Below the pieces are notes generated by a model that had not been told where the DNA came from, did no database searches, and saw only the letters and a program-made list of their open reading frames with translations. Below are positions 36,729 to 48,886 of a DNA stretch of 64,000 nt, one piece after another. The position numbers were made by a program, and so were the translations under genes. The stretch spans positions 10,728 to 74,727 of the forward strand of contig CANRMX010000003.1 of assembly GCA_947631855.1 (NCBI GenBank), read 5' to 3'. How positions within the stretch are numbered: the stretch's first letter is position 1; the number at the start of each line of letters is the position of its first letter. The DNA comes from an uncultured Clostridia bacterium (lineage in GTDB: Bacteria; Bacillota; Clostridia; Oscillospirales; Acutalibacteraceae).

Positions 36729-37955
36729 TCAGCTTTCTTCGATCTGCAGCAGCCGGTTGTATTTTGCCACCCGTTCCGTGCGGCAGGGCGCGCCGGCCTT
36801 GATCTGCCCCGCGTTGGCCGCCACGGCCAGGTCGGCGATGAAGGTGTCCTCGGTCTCGCCGGAGCGGTGGGAGAGGATGGTGCGATATCCACTGCGCGCG
36901 GCCAGGTCGATGGCGTCGAAGGTCTCGCTGAGGGTGCCGATCTGGTTGGGCTTGATGAGGATGGCGTTGGCCGCGCCTTCGTCGATGCCCTGCCGCAGCC
37001 GCTCGGGATTGGTGACAAAGAGGTCGTCCCCCACCAGCTGCACCCGGCCGCCCAGGCGGTCCGTCAGCGCCCGCCAGGTCGCGAAATCCTCCTCGCCCAG
37101 CGGGTCTTCGATGGACACGATGGGGTATTTGCCCGCCAGGTCGATCCAGTATTCCGCCAGCTCCATGGGGTCGTATTCCGTGCGCCGCTTGGGCAGTCGG
37201 TAGTGGCCGTCCACCACCCATTCGCTGCCGGCGGCGTCCAGCGCCAGCTTCACCCTGCCCGTATAGCCCGCCTTGTCCACGGCGTTCAAAATCTCCTCGA
37301 TGGCCGCCTCGTCGTGGGGCAGGTCCGGCGCAAAGCCGCCCTCATCCCCCACCGCGGTGGAATGGCCCTTCTTTTTCAGCTCCGCGCCCAGGGTGTGGTA
37401 GATCTCCGCGCACCACTGCAGGCCCTCCCGGAAGCTGCCGGCGGCCAGGGGCATGATCATGAACTCCTGGATGTCGATGTTGTTGTCCGCGTGGGCCCCG
37501 CCGTTGAGGATATTCATCATGGGCACGGGCATCCGCCGGGCGGCCGCGCCGCCCAGATAGCGGTACAGGGGCAGCCGGTAGTGGGCGGCCAGGGCCCGGG
37601 CGCTGGCCATCGAGACCGCCAGGGTGGCGTTTGCGCCCAGCCGGGCCTTGTTGTGGGTGCCGTCCAGTTTTAAGAGCACCCCGTCGATCTCCCGCAGCTC
37701 CGCCGCGCGGATTTTCTCCAGCGCCGGGGAGATGATCTCCCGAATATTCCGCACGGCCTTCAGTACGCCCTTGCCGCCGTACCGCCGGTCGTCGCCGTCC
37801 CGCAGCTCCACCGCTTCAAATTTCCCGGTGGATGCTCCGCTGGGCGCCGCCGCCGTGCCGGTACAGCCGTCGGAGAGGATCACCGTGGCGCTGACCGTGG
37901 GATTTCCCCGGGAATCGAGAATCTCCCGGGCCGTAACTTTTTGAATCTGTGGCAA
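36729..37955 (-). CDS. eno: enolase (short, ~408 aa)
   Basis: [41 protein letters not shown]; TTG start inferred. Confidence 0.9.
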   Translation of the reverse strand: MPQIQKVTAREILDSRGNPTVSATVILSDGCTGTAAAPSGASTGKFEAVELRDGDDRRYGGKGVLKAVRNIREIISPALEKIRAAELREIDGVLLKLDGTHNKARLGANATLAVSMASARALAAHYRLPLYRYLGGAAARRMPVPMMNILNGGAHADNNIDIQEFMIMPLAAGSFREGLQWCAEIYHTLGAELKKKGHSTAVGDEGGFAPDLPHDEAAIEEILNAVDKAGYTGRVKLALDAAGSEWVVDGHYRLPKRRTEYDPMELAEYWIDLAGKYPIVSIEDPLGEEDFATWRALTDRLGGRVQLVGDDLFVTNPERLRQGIDEGAANAILIKPNQIGTLSETFDAIDLAARSGYRTILSHRSGETEDTFIADLAVAANAGQIKAGAPCRTERVAKYNRLLQIEES

Positions 37956-38060
37956 ATCGACCGCCGCCTTTCCCGTTGAATTTTCTTTAGGATTCCCATT
38001 GCAAGCTCTTTTCATGCGTGATAGAATAGGGGCAGAATCTTCCTGAAACGAGGCGATCGT

Positions 38061-39581
38061 ATGGAATTTGAACGGGTAACGCCCGAAAGCGTGGGCATCC
38101 CCTCCCAGGCGGTGCTGAGCTGGCTGGACGAGCTGTACCGTTATGGCGTGGAAATGCACGGCTTTATGCTGCTGCGCCACGGCAAGGTCTGTGCCGAGGG
38201 CTCCTGGCATCCCTACCGGCCAAACGTGCCCCACAGCATGTTCTCCTTCTCCAAGAGCCTGACCTCCACCGCCATCGGCTTTGCGGTGCAGGAGGGCATG
38301 CTCTCTCTGGACGAGCGGCTGGTGGATATCTTCCCGGAGAAGCTCCCCGCCGCGCCCAGTGAAAATCTGCAAAAGGCCACCGTGCGCCACCTGCTGATGA
38401 TGGGCTGCGGCCACGACAGCGAAATCCCCGACCTGGGCCGCGGGGACGCGGATTGGATTGCCAGCTTCCTGGGCCATCCCTTTGTCCACGCGCCGGGCAC
38501 CCATTTCCTCTACAACACCGCGGGCACCAATCTGCTGTCCGCCATCCTGACCCGCAAGACCGGCCAGACCCTGACCCAGTTCCTTACGCCCCGGCTGATC
38601 CAGCCCCTGGGGCTCAGCGATATCCGCTGTCACGCCCTGCCCGACGGCACGGAAATGGGCGGCGCGGGCTATGCCCTGACGCTGGAGGACATGGCCCGGT
38701 TCACGCAATTCGTGGCCAACAAGGGCTGCTGGGAGGGCAAACAGCTGCTGCCGGCGGCGTGGTTCGAGGAGGCCACCCGGAAGCAGATCGAAAACCGCGG
38801 CGCGGGCTGGAACGGCGATTCGGACTGGGAACAGGGCTATGGCTATCAGTTCTGGCGCTGCGCGCCCGAGGGCGTATTCCGGGGCGACGGGGCCTTTGGG
38901 CAATATGGGATCGTCTGCACCCGGCAGGATGCGGTGCTGGTGATCCAATCGGCCACGCCCAGGCTGCAGGCGGTGCTCACCGCCACCTGGGAGAAGCTGC
39001 TGCCCGCCATGGAAGAATGCGCCCTGCCGCCGGACCCCATGGTCCACTTCCTGCGGCACCGGCTGGAACATCTGGAGCTGACCCCGGTGCTGGGGATGCG
39101 CAATCCTTGGGCGGAACAGTCCCTGAACGGCGCGGTTTACCTGCCCGATCAGCCCCTCCCCGCCATGACGGACATCATCGGCGGCGCGGGGAAGTTCACC
39201 TCCGACGGCGGCAATCTGCTGTCCCTGGGCTTCCGGTTTGCGGACGACGACGCGGCCCTAGTAATCAAACAGGACAACGCCGCCTATGAGATTGCCATCG
39301 GCATGACGGGGCACTATCTGATCACCACGGTGAACGACGTGCCCTTTGGGGCCATCGGCCGGTGGCGGGCCAAGGACAAGCTGGAGATCGAGCTGCGCAA
39401 CACCCGGACGGTCAGCGGCAAGCGCTTTGTGTTCCACTTTGCGAAAACCGCCCTCACGCTGACGGCGGATTCCACCTACCCGGACGTGGGCGGCCTGTGC
39501 GACCCCCTCACCCCGGAGATGCACTTCACGCTGGAGGAAGGCGAAGTGCACACCAAGACCAGGATGTACTGGGAGAATTAA
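38061..39581 (+). CDS. serine hydrolase (beta-lactamase/esterase fold)
   Basis: SFSKS (SxxK), FLYNT, YGYQFW, GAFGQ. Confidence 0.8.
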   Translation: MEFERVTPESVGIPSQAVLSWLDELYRYGVEMHGFMLLRHGKVCAEGSWHPYRPNVPHSMFSFSKSLTSTAIGFAVQEGMLSLDERLVDIFPEKLPAAPSENLQKATVRHLLMMGCGHDSEIPDLGRGDADWIASFLGHPFVHAPGTHFLYNTAGTNLLSAILTRKTGQTLTQFLTPRLIQPLGLSDIRCHALPDGTEMGGAGYALTLEDMARFTQFVANKGCWEGKQLLPAAWFEEATRKQIENRGAGWNGDSDWEQGYGYQFWRCAPEGVFRGDGAFGQYGIVCTRQDAVLVIQSATPRLQAVLTATWEKLLPAMEECALPPDPMVHFLRHRLEHLELTPVLGMRNPWAEQSLNGAVYLPDQPLPAMTDIIGGAGKFTSDGGNLLSLGFRFADDDAALVIKQDNAAYEIAIGMTGHYLITTVNDVPFGAIGRWRAKDKLEIELRNTRTVSGKRFVFHFAKTALTLTADSTYPDVGGLCDPLTPEMHFTLEEGEVHTKTRMYWEN

Positions 39582-39589
39582 TTGTATTA

Positions 39590-39830
39590 TTTTGTCCCCT
39601 CCGCCTTCGGGCAGCCTGAGGCTGCGCGCACTTGGCTTGGCCCAAACAAACAGCAAAATCCCCCTGCCGTCGGGCAAGGGGATTTTTTGCAAAGTGCAGT
39701 GGAGCCAAGGAGGACTTCTGCAAAGTTCGGGCGAGCCAAGGAGGACTTCTGCAAATTTCGGGAGAGAAAAGTGAAGTTCTTTTTGCTTACTTTTTCTTTC
39801 AAGAAAAAGTAAGTTCTTTCAAGAAAAAGG
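39590..39830. repeat. intergenic palindrome cluster with a 31 bp tandem duplication (REP-like)
   Basis: Hairpins at 39655-39687 and 39786-39813; tandem units 39702-39732 and 39733-39763. Confidence 0.55.
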
Positions 39831-39856
39831 AAGACCCCCGAGATTGGGGGTCTTGC
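39829..39856 (-). terminator. terminator of the ribosomal/alpha operon
   Basis: aagacccc...ggggtctt hairpin just downstream of rplQ with a T-rich tail on the minus strand. Confidence 0.65.
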
Positions 39857-39876
39857 CTCTTTTGCAGAAACCGATC

Positions 39877-40218
39877 TCAGATCAGCTCCAGGATGGCCAT
39901 TTCGGCGGCGTCGCCCCGGCGCGGCCCGAGCTTGGTGACACGGGTATACCCGCCGTTGCGGTCTGCATACTTGGGAGCGATCTCCGTGAACAGCTTGTGC
40001 GTCACGTTTTCCTTGGTGACAAAGCTCATGACCAGGCGCTTGTTGGCCAGGGTATCCTCCTTGGCGATGGTGATCATCTTCTCCGCCAGCGCCTGCACTT
40101 CCTTGGCGCGGGTGGCGGTGGTTTCGATCTTGCCCTTCTCAAGGAAGAATGTCACGAGGCCGCGCAGCATAGCGGTGCGATGGGAAGTGGCTCTTCCCAG
40201 CTTTCTGGTTCCGGGCAT
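39877..40218 (-). CDS. rplQ: 50S ribosomal protein L17
   Basis: RKLGR...HR.AMLR, RNGGYTR, RRGDAA. Confidence 0.97.
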   Translation of the reverse strand: MPGTRKLGRATSHRTAMLRGLVTFFLEKGKIETTATRAKEVQALAEKMITIAKEDTLANKRLVMSFVTKENVTHKLFTEIAPKYADRNGGYTRVTKLGPRRGDAAEMAILELI

Positions 40219-40245
40219 CGTATATTCACTCCATTCGTTAGTTTA

Positions 40246-41199
40246 TTATTCGTCGTCCTTGCGGAGGCTGAAGCCCAGGGATGCGAGCTTCCACACGACC
40301 TCCTCCAAAGACTTGCGGCCCAAATTGCGGACCTTCATCATATCGTCCTCGGACTTGCTGATCAGATCCTCCACGGTGTTGATCCCGGCGCGCTTGAGGC
40401 AGTTGAAGGAACGCACCGAAAGATCCAGCTCCTCGATGGTCATCTCCAGCGCCTTTTCCTTGCCGCCGTCGTCCTTCTCCACCATGATCTCCATGCTCTT
40501 GCCCATATCGGACAGATCCACAAAGAGATTCAGGTGATCGGTGAGGACCTTCGCGGCCTGAGAGACAGCCTCCTGGGCGCCGATGACGCCATTGGTCCAC
40601 ACCTCCAGCGTCAGGCGGTCAAAGTCGATGCTTTGGCCCACACGGGTGCTTTCCACGCCGAAATTGACTTTCAGCACCGGGGTGTAGATGGAATCCACCG
40701 CGATCTCGCCGATGATGCCCTCGGGCATGCTCTGCTTGTTGCGCTCGTTAGAGACATAGCCCCGGCCCTTGTCCAGCACCATCTCCATGCGCAGCTCCGC
40801 GCCCTCGCCCAGGGTGGCGATGTGCAGCTCCGGGTTGAGGATCTCCACTTCGCTGTCGGTCTTGATGGACGCGGCCGTGACCACGCAGGGCCCCTGGGCG
40901 TTGACCTCCATGGTCTTGGGCCCGTCGCCCAGCAGCTTTGCCACGATCCCCTTGATATTGAGGATGATCTCGGTGACGTCTTCCTTCACACCGGGGATGG
41001 TGGAAAACTCGTGGAGGACGCCCTCGATCCGGACGGATTTCACGGCGACGCCGGGCAGGCTGGAAAGCAGCACGCGCCGGAGGCTGTTGCCCAGGGTGGT
41101 GCCGAAGCCGCGCTCCAGCGGCTCTACCACGAAGCGGCCGTATCTGCCGTCTTCTGAAATTTCTTCTATGGTGATATTCGGTCTCTCAATTTCGATCAT
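40246..41199 (-). CDS. rpoA: RNA polymerase alpha subunit
   Basis: [36 protein letters not shown]. Confidence 0.98.
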   Translation of the reverse strand: MIEIERPNITIEEISEDGRYGRFVVEPLERGFGTTLGNSLRRVLLSSLPGVAVKSVRIEGVLHEFSTIPGVKEDVTEIILNIKGIVAKLLGDGPKTMEVNAQGPCVVTAASIKTDSEVEILNPELHIATLGEGAELRMEMVLDKGRGYVSNERNKQSMPEGIIGEIAVDSIYTPVLKVNFGVESTRVGQSIDFDRLTLEVWTNGVIGAQEAVSQAAKVLTDHLNLFVDLSDMGKSMEIMVEKDDGGKEKALEMTIEELDLSVRSFNCLKRAGINTVEDLISKSEDDMMKVRNLGRKSLEEVVWKLASLGFSLRKDDE

Positions 41200-41311
41200 C
41201 CGCCACACTCCTTTTCTAACACAAAGCGAACTTTCCGTCTATCGAACGGTCGAAAGCCATACGGGCCGCAGAAAACCGAGGCCCTGTTGTGCGAACCGCC
41301 TTTTGGGCGGA

Positions 41312-41938
41312 TTACTTGGAGTACAGCTCGACGATGAGGGTCTCGTCCACCTCAAGATCGATTTCCTCCCGGGTGGGCATGGCGGCGATCTTCGCCTGGG
41401 CGTTGGGGGCGTCCACATCCAGCCACTGGGGAACGGGCCGGGCGGAATTGGCCTCTACCACGGCCTTGAGCTTGTCGCTCTGGCGGCTCTTGTCGCGGAT
41501 GGCCACCACGTCGCCGGGCTTGACGAGATAAGAGGGAATGTCCACGCGCCTGCCGTTGACCGTGTAATGGCCGTGCACCACCAGCTGGCGGGCCTCCGCA
41601 CGGGAGCTTGCCCAGCCGCAGCGATACACCACGTTGTCCAGCCGGGACTCCAGCACCACCAGCAGATTGTCGCCGGTCCTGCCGGGCATCTTGGTGGCCA
41701 TCTCGTAGTAGTGGTGGAACTGCTTCTCCAGCACGCCGTAGTAGCGGCGGGTCATCTGCTTGGCGCGCAGCTGGTTTCCGTATTCGGAAGCCTTCTTGCG
41801 GCCCTGGCCGTGCTGGCCGGGGGCATAGGCGCGGCGGGAAAGGGCGCACTTATCGGTATAGCAGCGCTCTCCCTTGAGGAACAGCTTCTGGCCCTCGCGG
41901 CGGCACAGCTTGCAAACAGCTTCTGTATATCTTGCCAT
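41312..41938 (-). CDS. rpsD: 30S ribosomal protein S4
   Basis: [23 protein letters not shown]. Confidence 0.98.
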   Translation of the reverse strand: MARYTEAVCKLCRREGQKLFLKGERCYTDKCALSRRAYAPGQHGQGRKKASEYGNQLRAKQMTRRYYGVLEKQFHHYYEMATKMPGRTGDNLLVVLESRLDNVVYRCGWASSRAEARQLVVHGHYTVNGRRVDIPSYLVKPGDVVAIRDKSRQSDKLKAVVEANSARPVPQWLDVDAPNAQAKIAAMPTREEIDLEVDETLIVELYSK

Positions 41939-41963
41939 TGTTCGAGTAACCTCCTATTGGTAA

Positions 41964-42362
41964 TTACACACGTCTTCTCTTAGGAGGACGGCACCCATTG
42001 TGAGGGATCGGCGTCACGTCCTTGATCATGCTGACTTCCAGACCGGCGGCCTGCAGCGCGCGGATAGCGGCTTCACGGCCGGCGCCGGGGCCCTTCACAT
42101 AGACCTCGACGGACTTCATGCCATGCTCCATCGCCAGCTTGGCAGCGGTTTCGGCTGCGGTTTGGGCGGCGAAGGGGGTGGACTTTCTGGAGCCTCTGAA
42201 GCCCAGCTCGCCGGAGCTGGCCCAGGAGATGGCGTTGCCCTGGGTGTCGGTGATGGTGACGATGGTGTTGTTGAATGTGGACTGGATATGGGCAGCACCG
42301 CGCTCGATATTCTTACGCTCGCGGCGGCGGCGCACAGCGGCGCCCTTGGTTGCCTTAGGCAT
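41964..42362 (-). CDS. rpsK: 30S ribosomal protein S11
   Basis: [25 protein letters not shown]. Confidence 0.98.
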   Translation of the reverse strand: MPKATKGAAVRRRRERKNIERGAAHIQSTFNNTIVTITDTQGNAISWASSGELGFRGSRKSTPFAAQTAAETAAKLAMEHGMKSVEVYVKGPGAGREAAIRALQAAGLEVSMIKDVTPIPHNGCRPPKRRRV

Positions 42363-42379
42363 AGATAAGATCCCTCCTC

Positions 42380-42748
42380 TTACTTCTTCTTGTTAGCCAT
42401 GGTCTTGCGGGGGCCCTTGCGGGTGCGGGCGTTGGTCTTGGTGCGCTGTCCGCGCACGGGCAGCCCCTTGCGGTGACGGATGCCGCGGTAGCAGCCGATC
42501 TCGATCAGGCGCTTCACGTCGAAGGCCAGGTCGCGGCGCAGGTCGCCTTCCACATGGCAGTTTTTGTCGATATATTCTCTGAGCTTGGACGCGTCATCTT
42601 CGCTGAGATCCCGCACGCGGATGTCGGGATCCACGCCGGTTTCGGCGCAGATGGTGCTGGCGGTCTTGCGGCCGATCCCGAAAATATAGGTCAGCGCGAT
42701 CTCGATCCGCTTATCTCTGGGAAGGTCGACACCGGAAATACGAGCCAT
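42380..42748 (-). CDS. rpsM: 30S ribosomal protein S13
   Basis: [28 protein letters not shown]. Confidence 0.98.
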   Translation of the reverse strand: MARISGVDLPRDKRIEIALTYIFGIGRKTASTICAETGVDPDIRVRDLSEDDASKLREYIDKNCHVEGDLRRDLAFDVKRLIEIGCYRGIRHRKGLPVRGQRTKTNARTRKGPRKTMANKKK

Positions 42749-42775
42749 TGTTACACCTCCAAAAGTTGGCCGGGC

Positions 42776-42889
42776 TTAGCCCTGGCGCTGCTTGTGCTTG
42801 GGATTCTCACAGATTACCATGACTTTTCCCTTGCGCTTGATGATCTTGCACTTTTCACACATCTTCTTGACAGAAGGTCTTACCTTCAT
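42776..42889 (-). CDS. rpmJ: 50S ribosomal protein L36
   Basis: Read manually: [37 protein letters not shown]. Confidence 0.97.
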   Translation of the reverse strand: MKVRPSVKKMCEKCKIIKRKGKVMVICENPKHKQRQG

Positions 42890-42937
42890 TGTGGTTGCCT
42901 CCTTTGCTAAACGAAAGCGTTTGCTGAGCTTTTCTGC

Positions 42938-43156
42938 TTACTTGGACCGCCAGGTGATGCGGCCCTTAGTCAGGTCATAGGGAGACATCTCCATGGTGAC
43001 CTTATCGCCGGGGAGGATCCGGATGTAGTTCATCCGGAGCTTGCCGGAAATATGGGCTAAAATCATGCGCCCATTGGGCAGTTCGACCTGAAACGTCGCG
43101 TTGGGCAGGGCTTCCTTCACCACGCCCTGCACTTCAATTACGTCCTGCTTTGACAT
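42938..43156 (-). CDS. infA: translation initiation factor IF-1
   Basis: [25 protein letters not shown]. Confidence 0.97.
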   Translation of the reverse strand: MSKQDVIEVQGVVKEALPNATFQVELPNGRMILAHISGKLRMNYIRILPGDKVTMEMSPYDLTKGRITWRSK

Positions 43157-43162
43157 TGACAA

Positions 43163-43426
43163 TCACCTGTCCCTTTCAGTTGGCCCCGGGCCTGCAAACG
43201 CCTGCAGGGCCTTGCGTAACTTCCGGTCGGTGCCGAGGACTTCCTCCGGCAGCACCGTGCCCGTGGGCGCCAGATGCATCAGCTTCTTGCGCTTGGGCCT
43301 TTCCAGCGGCCGCCTTTTGCCGTCGCACAGAACCGCATAAGGAGGCTCTACCTTCAGTACGGCGAGGAATCCGCCCTTGTCCCTTCCGGCCTTGGACTTG
43401 ACCACCTGGCCGCGTATGATCTCCAT
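43163..43426 (-). CDS. KOW-domain RNA-binding protein (L14e-like)
   Basis: GQVVKSKAGRDKG, DGKRRPLERPKRKK; conserved position between map and infA. Confidence 0.85.
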   Translation of the reverse strand: MEIIRGQVVKSKAGRDKGGFLAVLKVEPPYAVLCDGKRRPLERPKRKKLMHLAPTGTVLPEEVLGTDRKLRKALQAFAGPGPTERDR

Positions 43427-43437
43427 AGAGCGGCCTC

Positions 43438-44190
43438 TCAATCCAGCCGCGTCAGGATGACGGGGCCGTCCGGGGTGATGGCGACGGTGTGCTCAAAGTG
43501 GGCAGACAGGCCGCCGTCCTTGGTCTTGACGGTCCAGCCGTCGGGCAGGACGCGCACCTTGTGCCCTTTCTGGTTCACCATCGGTTCGATCGCAATGACC
43601 ATGCCCGGCATCAATCGAACGCCTCTGCCGGGGGTTCCGTAATTTGGGACGCTTGGGTCTTCGTGCAGGTTCGCACCTACTCCGTGGCCGATGAATTCCC
43701 GTACCACCGAGTAACTGCGAGCTTCGACATACTCCTGGATCGCGTGGCCCACATCGCCCAGCCGGTTGCCGGGGCGGGCCTGCTCGATGCCGAGAAACAG
43801 CGCCTTCTCGGTGGCGTCCAAAAGCGCGCGGGCTTCTTCGCCGATCTCCCCGCAGGGGAAGGTCCAGGCGTTGTCGCCGTGGTAGCCCTTATAACAGGCG
43901 CCCACGTCGATGCCCACGATATCGCCCTTTTTCAGGATCTCGCCTTTGGAGGGTATGCCGTGGATGACCACATCGTTGACAGAGATACAGGCGCTTGCCG
44001 GGAATCCGCCGTAATTGAGAAAGCTGGGTGTTGCCCCCTCTTTCTCAATATACTGGCGAACGATCCGGTCGATCTCCCAGGTGGATACACCCGGCTCGAC
44101 CGCTTCTCCGGCGAGTCTCAGTGCTTTTTGCGAAATCTGACCGGCTTTCCGCATCACGGAAAGTTCCCGGCTCGTTTTCAGCACGATCAT
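43438..44190 (-). CDS. map: methionine aminopeptidase type I
   Basis: CISVN..VIHGIP, GHGVG..LHEDP, AIEPM, HFEHT. Confidence 0.97.
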   Translation of the reverse strand: MIVLKTSRELSVMRKAGQISQKALRLAGEAVEPGVSTWEIDRIVRQYIEKEGATPSFLNYGGFPASACISVNDVVIHGIPSKGEILKKGDIVGIDVGACYKGYHGDNAWTFPCGEIGEEARALLDATEKALFLGIEQARPGNRLGDVGHAIQEYVEARSYSVVREFIGHGVGANLHEDPSVPNYGTPGRGVRLMPGMVIAIEPMVNQKGHKVRVLPDGWTVKTKDGGLSAHFEHTVAITPDGPVILTRLD

Positions 44191-44825
44191 TGAATGCCCT
44201 CCAGCGCCTCACGCACCAGCCGGGTGGTATCCTCCACCTCTTCCTGGCCGTGGACCACAAGCAGCTTGCCCTGCTTGCTGTAGAACTCCTTGAGGGGTTC
44301 CGTCTGGCTGTGGTAGACGTTCAGACGATCTTTCACCGTATCGGGATGGTCATCCTTGCGCTGAACGAGGGTGCCGCCGCAATTGTCGCACTTCCCCTCC
44401 ACCTTGGGCTGCTTGTACAGCATGTGGTAGGAGGAGCCGCATTTTTCGCAGACACGGCGTCCGGACATCCGGGTAACGATATCCTCGTCTGCCACCTCGA
44501 TATCGAGGACGGCGTCGATGTCGATGCCCATGGCGTCCAGAGCCTCGGCCTGGGGGATGGTCCTGGGGAAGCCATCGAGGATGAAGCCGTTTTTGCAGTC
44601 GTCCTCGGCCACCCGGTCCTTGATGATCCCGATGATGATGTCATCGGGCACCAGGTCGCCGGCCTCCATATACACTTTGGCCTTCAGTCCCATCTCCGTG
44701 CCGTTCTTCAGCGCCTCACGGAGCATATTGCCCGTGGAAATAGTAGGAATGTTCTTGTCTTTGCAGATGATCTCCGCCTGAGTGCCTTTGCCCGCACCCG
44801 GGGCTCCTAACAGGATCAGTTTCAT
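44187..44825 (-). CDS. adk: adenylate kinase
   Basis: [17 protein letters not shown], Zn-lid CxxC motifs. Confidence 0.97.
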   Translation of the reverse strand: MKLILLGAPGAGKGTQAEIICKDKNIPTISTGNMLREALKNGTEMGLKAKVYMEAGDLVPDDIIIGIIKDRVAEDDCKNGFILDGFPRTIPQAEALDAMGIDIDAVLDIEVADEDIVTRMSGRRVCEKCGSSYHMLYKQPKVEGKCDNCGGTLVQRKDDHPDTVKDRLNVYHSQTEPLKEFYSKQGKLLVVHGQEEVEDTTRLVREALEGIQ

Positions 44826-44847
44826 CGCTCTTATACCCCTTTCCGGA

Positions 44848-46158
44848 TTAATCCAGGAAGCCCTTGTAATGACGCATCATCATCTGGGACTCCAGCTGCT
44901 TGACGGTATCCAGCGCAACGCCGACGATAATGATGACGGAGGTGCCGCCCAGGGAGAGGCCGGCCATGCCGGTGACCTTGGTGTAGATGATGGGCACCAG
45001 CGCCACGAACGCCAGGAACAGCGCGCCGATCAAAGTGACCTTGGAGAGGATCTTACGGATGAAATCCGCCGTGGGCTTGCCGGGCCGGATGCCCGGGATC
45101 GCGCCATTGTTCTGGCGGAGATTATTGGCCATCTCCAGCGGGTTATACTGGATGGACATATAGAAATAGGCAAATACCAGGATCATGAGGAAGTAGAGCA
45201 CGATATAGACCCAGCCGGTCTGCTCAAAGGCGTTGAAGAACGCCGCCCAGAAACCGCCCTCCGGCTGAACGAAGAAGTGGATGAACTGGGGAATGAACAG
45301 GATGGAGCTGGCGAAGATCACGGGCATCACGCCGCTCATGGCCACCTTGATGGGCAGATAGGTGCTCTGGCCGCCGTACATTTTCCGGCCCACCACGCGC
45401 TTCGCGTATTGGACGGGCACCCGGCGCTCGGCTTCGTTCATGAAGACGATCACCCAGATGACGCCCAGGAACAGCACGATGAACAGGGGCGCCAGCACCA
45501 TGAAATGGCCCACGGTGGAGGGGCTCTCCATGCCCAGGCGGAAATAATCCCACACGCGGCCGAAGGTGACGGGCAGCCGGGCCACGATGCCTGCGAACAG
45601 GATCACGGAGATGCCGTTGCCCACGCCCTTGTCGTTGATCTGCTCGCCCATCCACATGATGAGCGCCGTACCGGCGGTGAAGCACAGCACGATCACCGTG
45701 CCCACAAAGAAGCCGCCGAAGCCCACGGTGTACTTGACGATGCCGTTGCCCCGCAGGTACACATAGTAGGCGACGCCCTGGATCAGGCCAAGCACCACGG
45801 TGACGTACCGGGTGATGGTGCCGATCTTCTTCTGGCCGGCCTCACCCTCCTTGGAAAGCCTCTCCAGATAGGGGATGGCCACCGTGAGCAGCTGCATGAT
45901 GATGGAGCTGTTGATATAGGGGGTGATGCCCATGGCAAACAGCGAAGCATAGGTGAACGCGCCGCCGGTGAGCATATTGATATACCCCAGCGCCGAGTTC
46001 TCCCCGGCGGACTGCATCAGCGACGCCAGGCTGGAGGCATCCAGGAACGGGACCGGCAGCACCGACCCGAAGCGGAACACCACGACGATCACCAGCGTGA
46101 AGAGGATCTTCTTCCGCAGGTCGGGGATCCGCCATGCGTTTTTGATGGTGTTGAACAA
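44848..46158 (-). CDS. secY: preprotein translocase SecY
   Basis: MGITPYI.SSI, GVGNGIS, IPGIRPG, GGTS. Confidence 0.98.
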   Translation of the reverse strand: MFNTIKNAWRIPDLRKKILFTLVIVVVFRFGSVLPVPFLDASSLASLMQSAGENSALGYINMLTGGAFTYASLFAMGITPYINSSIIMQLLTVAIPYLERLSKEGEAGQKKIGTITRYVTVVLGLIQGVAYYVYLRGNGIVKYTVGFGGFFVGTVIVLCFTAGTALIMWMGEQINDKGVGNGISVILFAGIVARLPVTFGRVWDYFRLGMESPSTVGHFMVLAPLFIVLFLGVIWVIVFMNEAERRVPVQYAKRVVGRKMYGGQSTYLPIKVAMSGVMPVIFASSILFIPQFIHFFVQPEGGFWAAFFNAFEQTGWVYIVLYFLMILVFAYFYMSIQYNPLEMANNLRQNNGAIPGIRPGKPTADFIRKILSKVTLIGALFLAFVALVPIIYTKVTGMAGLSLGGTSVIIIVGVALDTVKQLESQMMMRHYKGFLD

Positions 46159-46159
46159 A

Positions 46160-46600
46160 TCAGATCACCTCGGCCTTTCCGCCCGCCGCCTCGATCTTCT
46201 CTTTGGCCGCGGCGGAAAAAGCGGCGGCCTTTACGGTCAGCTTCTTCCCCAGCTGTCCATTGGAAAGGATCTTAACGCCGTCGCAGGCCTTCTTGATGAT
46301 ACCGGCTGCGATCAGGGCCTGGGCATCCACCTCGGCACCGTCCTCAAACCGGTTGAGAGACCCCACGTTCACGGAAACGATCTCTTTGGCGAAGATGTTG
46401 TTGAACCCGCGCTTGGGCAGGCGTCTCTGCAAAGGCATCTGGCCGCCTTCAAAGCCGGGGCGCATTCCGCTGCCGGAGCGGGCCTTCTGGCCCTTGTGGC
46501 CCTTGCCGGACGTCTTGCCCGTGCCGGAGCCCGCGCCTCTGCCAACGCGCTTGGCGGCCTTGGTGGAACCCGGAGCCGCGGTAAGTTGGTTGAGCTTCAT
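46160..46600 (-). CDS. rplO: 50S ribosomal protein L15
   Basis: [32 protein letters not shown]. Confidence 0.97.
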   Translation of the reverse strand: MKLNQLTAAPGSTKAAKRVGRGAGSGTGKTSGKGHKGQKARSGSGMRPGFEGGQMPLQRRLPKRGFNNIFAKEIVSVNVGSLNRFEDGAEVDAQALIAAGIIKKACDGVKILSNGQLGKKLTVKAAAFSAAAKEKIEAAGGKAEVI

Positions 46601-46618
46601 AGTCACGCACCTCCTTGC

Positions 46619-46786
46619 TTACTTGCTGACTTCGACCAGATGGCCGATCTTTTTCACCTTGCCCAGGGTCTGGGCGTTTTCGGGCTGCTCGGTCACATCG
46701 CCCACCTTTTTCAGCCCCAGGGACTGGGCGGTGGCGATCTGGTCCTTCTTGCTGCCGATGAGGCTCTTCTTCAAAGTGATTTTCAT
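46619..46786 (-). CDS. rpmD: 50S ribosomal protein L30
   Basis: Read manually: [11 protein letters not shown]...SLGLKK; between rpsE and rplO. Confidence 0.93.
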   Translation of the reverse strand: MKITLKKSLIGSKKDQIATAQSLGLKKVGDVTEQPENAQTLGKVKKIGHLVEVSK

Positions 46787-46799
46787 GTCACCGGCCTCC

Positions 46800-47300
46800 T
46801 TACAGAATTTCCTCTGCGGTCTTGCCGCGGAGGGCTGCCACCTGCTCAGCGGTGCGCAGTTGGGTGAGGCCCGCCATCACGGCACGGACCACGTTGCAGG
46901 GATTCTTGGAACGCAGGGCCTTGGCACGGATATCCTTGATGCCCGCGCTCTCCACCACGGCACGCACCGGGCCGCCGGCGATAACGCCGGTGCCAGGGGC
47001 TGCGGGCTTGAGGATGACCTTGCCCGCGCCGAACTCGCCCACGATCTCATGGGGGATGGTGGAACCGTACAGCGCCACCTTGGTCAGGTGCTTCTTGGCG
47101 TCTTCAATGCCCTTGCGGATGGCGTCCGGCACTTCGGCCGCCTTGCCGATGCCGAAGCCCACCGTGCCGTTCCCGTCGCCGACGACGACCAGGGCGGAGA
47201 ACTTCATGATGCGGCCGCCCTTGACGGTTTTCGATACGCGGTTGATGGAGACCACGCGCTCCTGCATATCCAGCGTGGATGCGTCGATATTGTTAGGCAA
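46800..47300 (-). CDS. rpsE: 30S ribosomal protein S5
   Basis: [19 protein letters not shown]. Confidence 0.97.
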   Translation of the reverse strand: MPNNIDASTLDMQERVVSINRVSKTVKGGRIMKFSALVVVGDGNGTVGFGIGKAAEVPDAIRKGIEDAKKHLTKVALYGSTIPHEIVGEFGAGKVILKPAAPGTGVIAGGPVRAVVESAGIKDIRAKALRSKNPCNVVRAVMAGLTQLRTAEQVAALRGKTAEEIL

Positions 47301-47317
47301 TTTCGTGTCCCTCCTTC

Positions 47318-47677
47318 TCAGAACTTGAGGCCGCCCTCACGGGCGCCTTCGGCCAGCTCTTTCACACGGCCGTGGAAAATATAGCCTCCGCGATCGAAGA
47401 CCACCGTGGTGATCCCCTTGTCCAGCGCGCGCTGGGCGATCATCTTGCCCACGGTGCGGGCGGCTTCCTTGTTGCCGCCGTTGCCCGTGAAGGACTTATC
47501 CAGCGTAGAGGCCGACGCCAGGGTGTGGCCCGTGGTGTCGTCGATGATCTGGGCGTAGATGTTCGCAGAGGAGCGGAACACGTTGAGCCTGGGCCTTGCG
47601 GCGGTACCCGAGATCTTCCCGCGCACTCTCTTATGGCGGCGGAGACGGGCTTTGTTCGTATCAGGTTTATTGACCAT
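47318..47677 (-). CDS. rplR: 50S ribosomal protein L18
   Basis: [20 protein letters not shown]. Confidence 0.97.
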   Translation of the reverse strand: MVNKPDTNKARLRRHKRVRGKISGTAARPRLNVFRSSANIYAQIIDDTTGHTLASASTLDKSFTGNGGNKEAARTVGKMIAQRALDKGITTVVFDRGGYIFHGRVKELAEGAREGGLKF

Positions 47678-47697
47678 TTCTTCTCACTCCTTCACCA

Positions 47698-48243
47698 TTA
47701 CTTCGCGCCCTTGCCGGCCTTGCCTTCCTTATGCCGGACATACTCGCCCTGATAGCGGATGCCCTTGCCCTTGTAAGGCTCCGGAGGACGCTTGCTGCGG
47801 ACCTCGGCGGCAAACTGGCCGACCTTCTGCTTGTCGATGCCGGAAATGACGATCGTGTTGGGGTTCGGCGCTTCGATCTTGATCTCGTCGGTATCGGACA
47901 CGACGACCTGATGGGAAAACCCCAGGTTCATCACAAGATCCTTGCCCTGCTTCTGCACACGGTAGCCCACGCCCTGCACCTCCAGCGTCTTGCTGAAGCC
48001 TTCGGTGACGCCGACGACCATGTTGTGCACCAGGGTGCGGGTGAGCCCGTGGAGGGACCGGTTGACCTTATCGTCGTTGGGCCGGGTGACCAGCACCTCG
48101 CTGCCTTCCACGGCGATCCCCATCCTGGGGCTGAAGCTCTGGGTCAGGGTGCCCTTGGGGCCCTTCACGGTAACTTCGCTGCCGTTGAGTGTGACCTCAA
48201 CGCCGGCGGGAATATTTATGGGTTTTCTTCCAATTCTCGACAT
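47698..48243 (-). CDS. rplF: 50S ribosomal protein L6
   Basis: MSRIG, PEPYKGKGIRY. Confidence 0.97.
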   Translation of the reverse strand: MSRIGRKPINIPAGVEVTLNGSEVTVKGPKGTLTQSFSPRMGIAVEGSEVLVTRPNDDKVNRSLHGLTRTLVHNMVVGVTEGFSKTLEVQGVGYRVQKQGKDLVMNLGFSHQVVVSDTDEIKIEAPNPNTIVISGIDKQKVGQFAAEVRSKRPPEPYKGKGIRYQGEYVRHKEGKAGKGAK

Positions 48244-48268
48244 TATAGTCGCGCCCCCTTTCTTGTGA

Positions 48269-48667
48269 TTACCAGATAAACGCCAGCACTTCGCCGCCGA
48301 CGTTTTCTTTTCTGGCTGCCCGGTCAGTCATGATGCCCTTGGAGGTGGAAATGATCGCCACGCCCAGGCCCTTCATAACCTTCGGCAGCTCCTGCGCGCC
48401 GGAGTAGATGCGCAGGCCGGGCTTGGAAACGCGCTTCAAGCCCTTGATGGCCGGGGTCTTGCCCTCAGCGTACTTCAGGGTGATGGTGATAACGCCCTGT
48501 TTGCCGTCCTGACGGACCGTGAAGCCCTTGACGTAACCCTCATCCACCAGGATCTGGCAGATGGCCTTCTTCACGTTGGAAGCCGGCACCTCCACGGTGT
48601 CGTGCTTCGCAGCCTGGGCGTTGCGGATACGCGTCAACAGGTCCGCGATTGTATCAGTAACTTGCAT
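48269..48667 (-). CDS. rpsH: 30S ribosomal protein S8
   Basis: [24 protein letters not shown]. Confidence 0.97.
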   Translation of the reverse strand: MQVTDTIADLLTRIRNAQAAKHDTVEVPASNVKKAICQILVDEGYVKGFTVRQDGKQGVITITLKYAEGKTPAIKGLKRVSKPGLRIYSGAQELPKVMKGLGVAIISTSKGIMTDRAARKENVGGEVLAFIW

Positions 48668-48686
48668 GACAATTCCTCCTTATGAT

Positions 48687-48872
48687 TTACCAGCTTGCCT
48701 TCTTCACGCCGGGGATCTGTCCCTTGTAGGCAAGCTCGCGGAAGCAGATACGGCAGATGCCGTACTTCCGAAGGTAGGCATGCGGCCGTCCGCAGATCTT
48801 GCAGCGGTTGTACTCGCGGGTGGAGAACTTCTGCGGTCTCTTCTGCTTGATTTTCATAGATGTCTTGGCCAC
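48687..48872 (-). CDS. rpsZ: 30S ribosomal protein S14 (Zn-binding type Z)
   Basis: RCKICGR...GICRICFRE. Confidence 0.95.
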   Translation of the reverse strand: MAKTSMKIKQKRPQKFSTREYNRCKICGRPHAYLRKYGICRICFRELAYKGQIPGVKKASW

Positions 48873-48886
48873 GATGAATCCCTCCT

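Noticed and set aside
38061-39581. Calling the serine hydrolase a beta-lactamase resistance gene
   Set aside because: The SxxK fold is shared by many esterases and amidases; no class-defining evidence
39702-39763. CRISPR-like repeat
   Set aside because: Two adjacent 31 bp units without unique spacers
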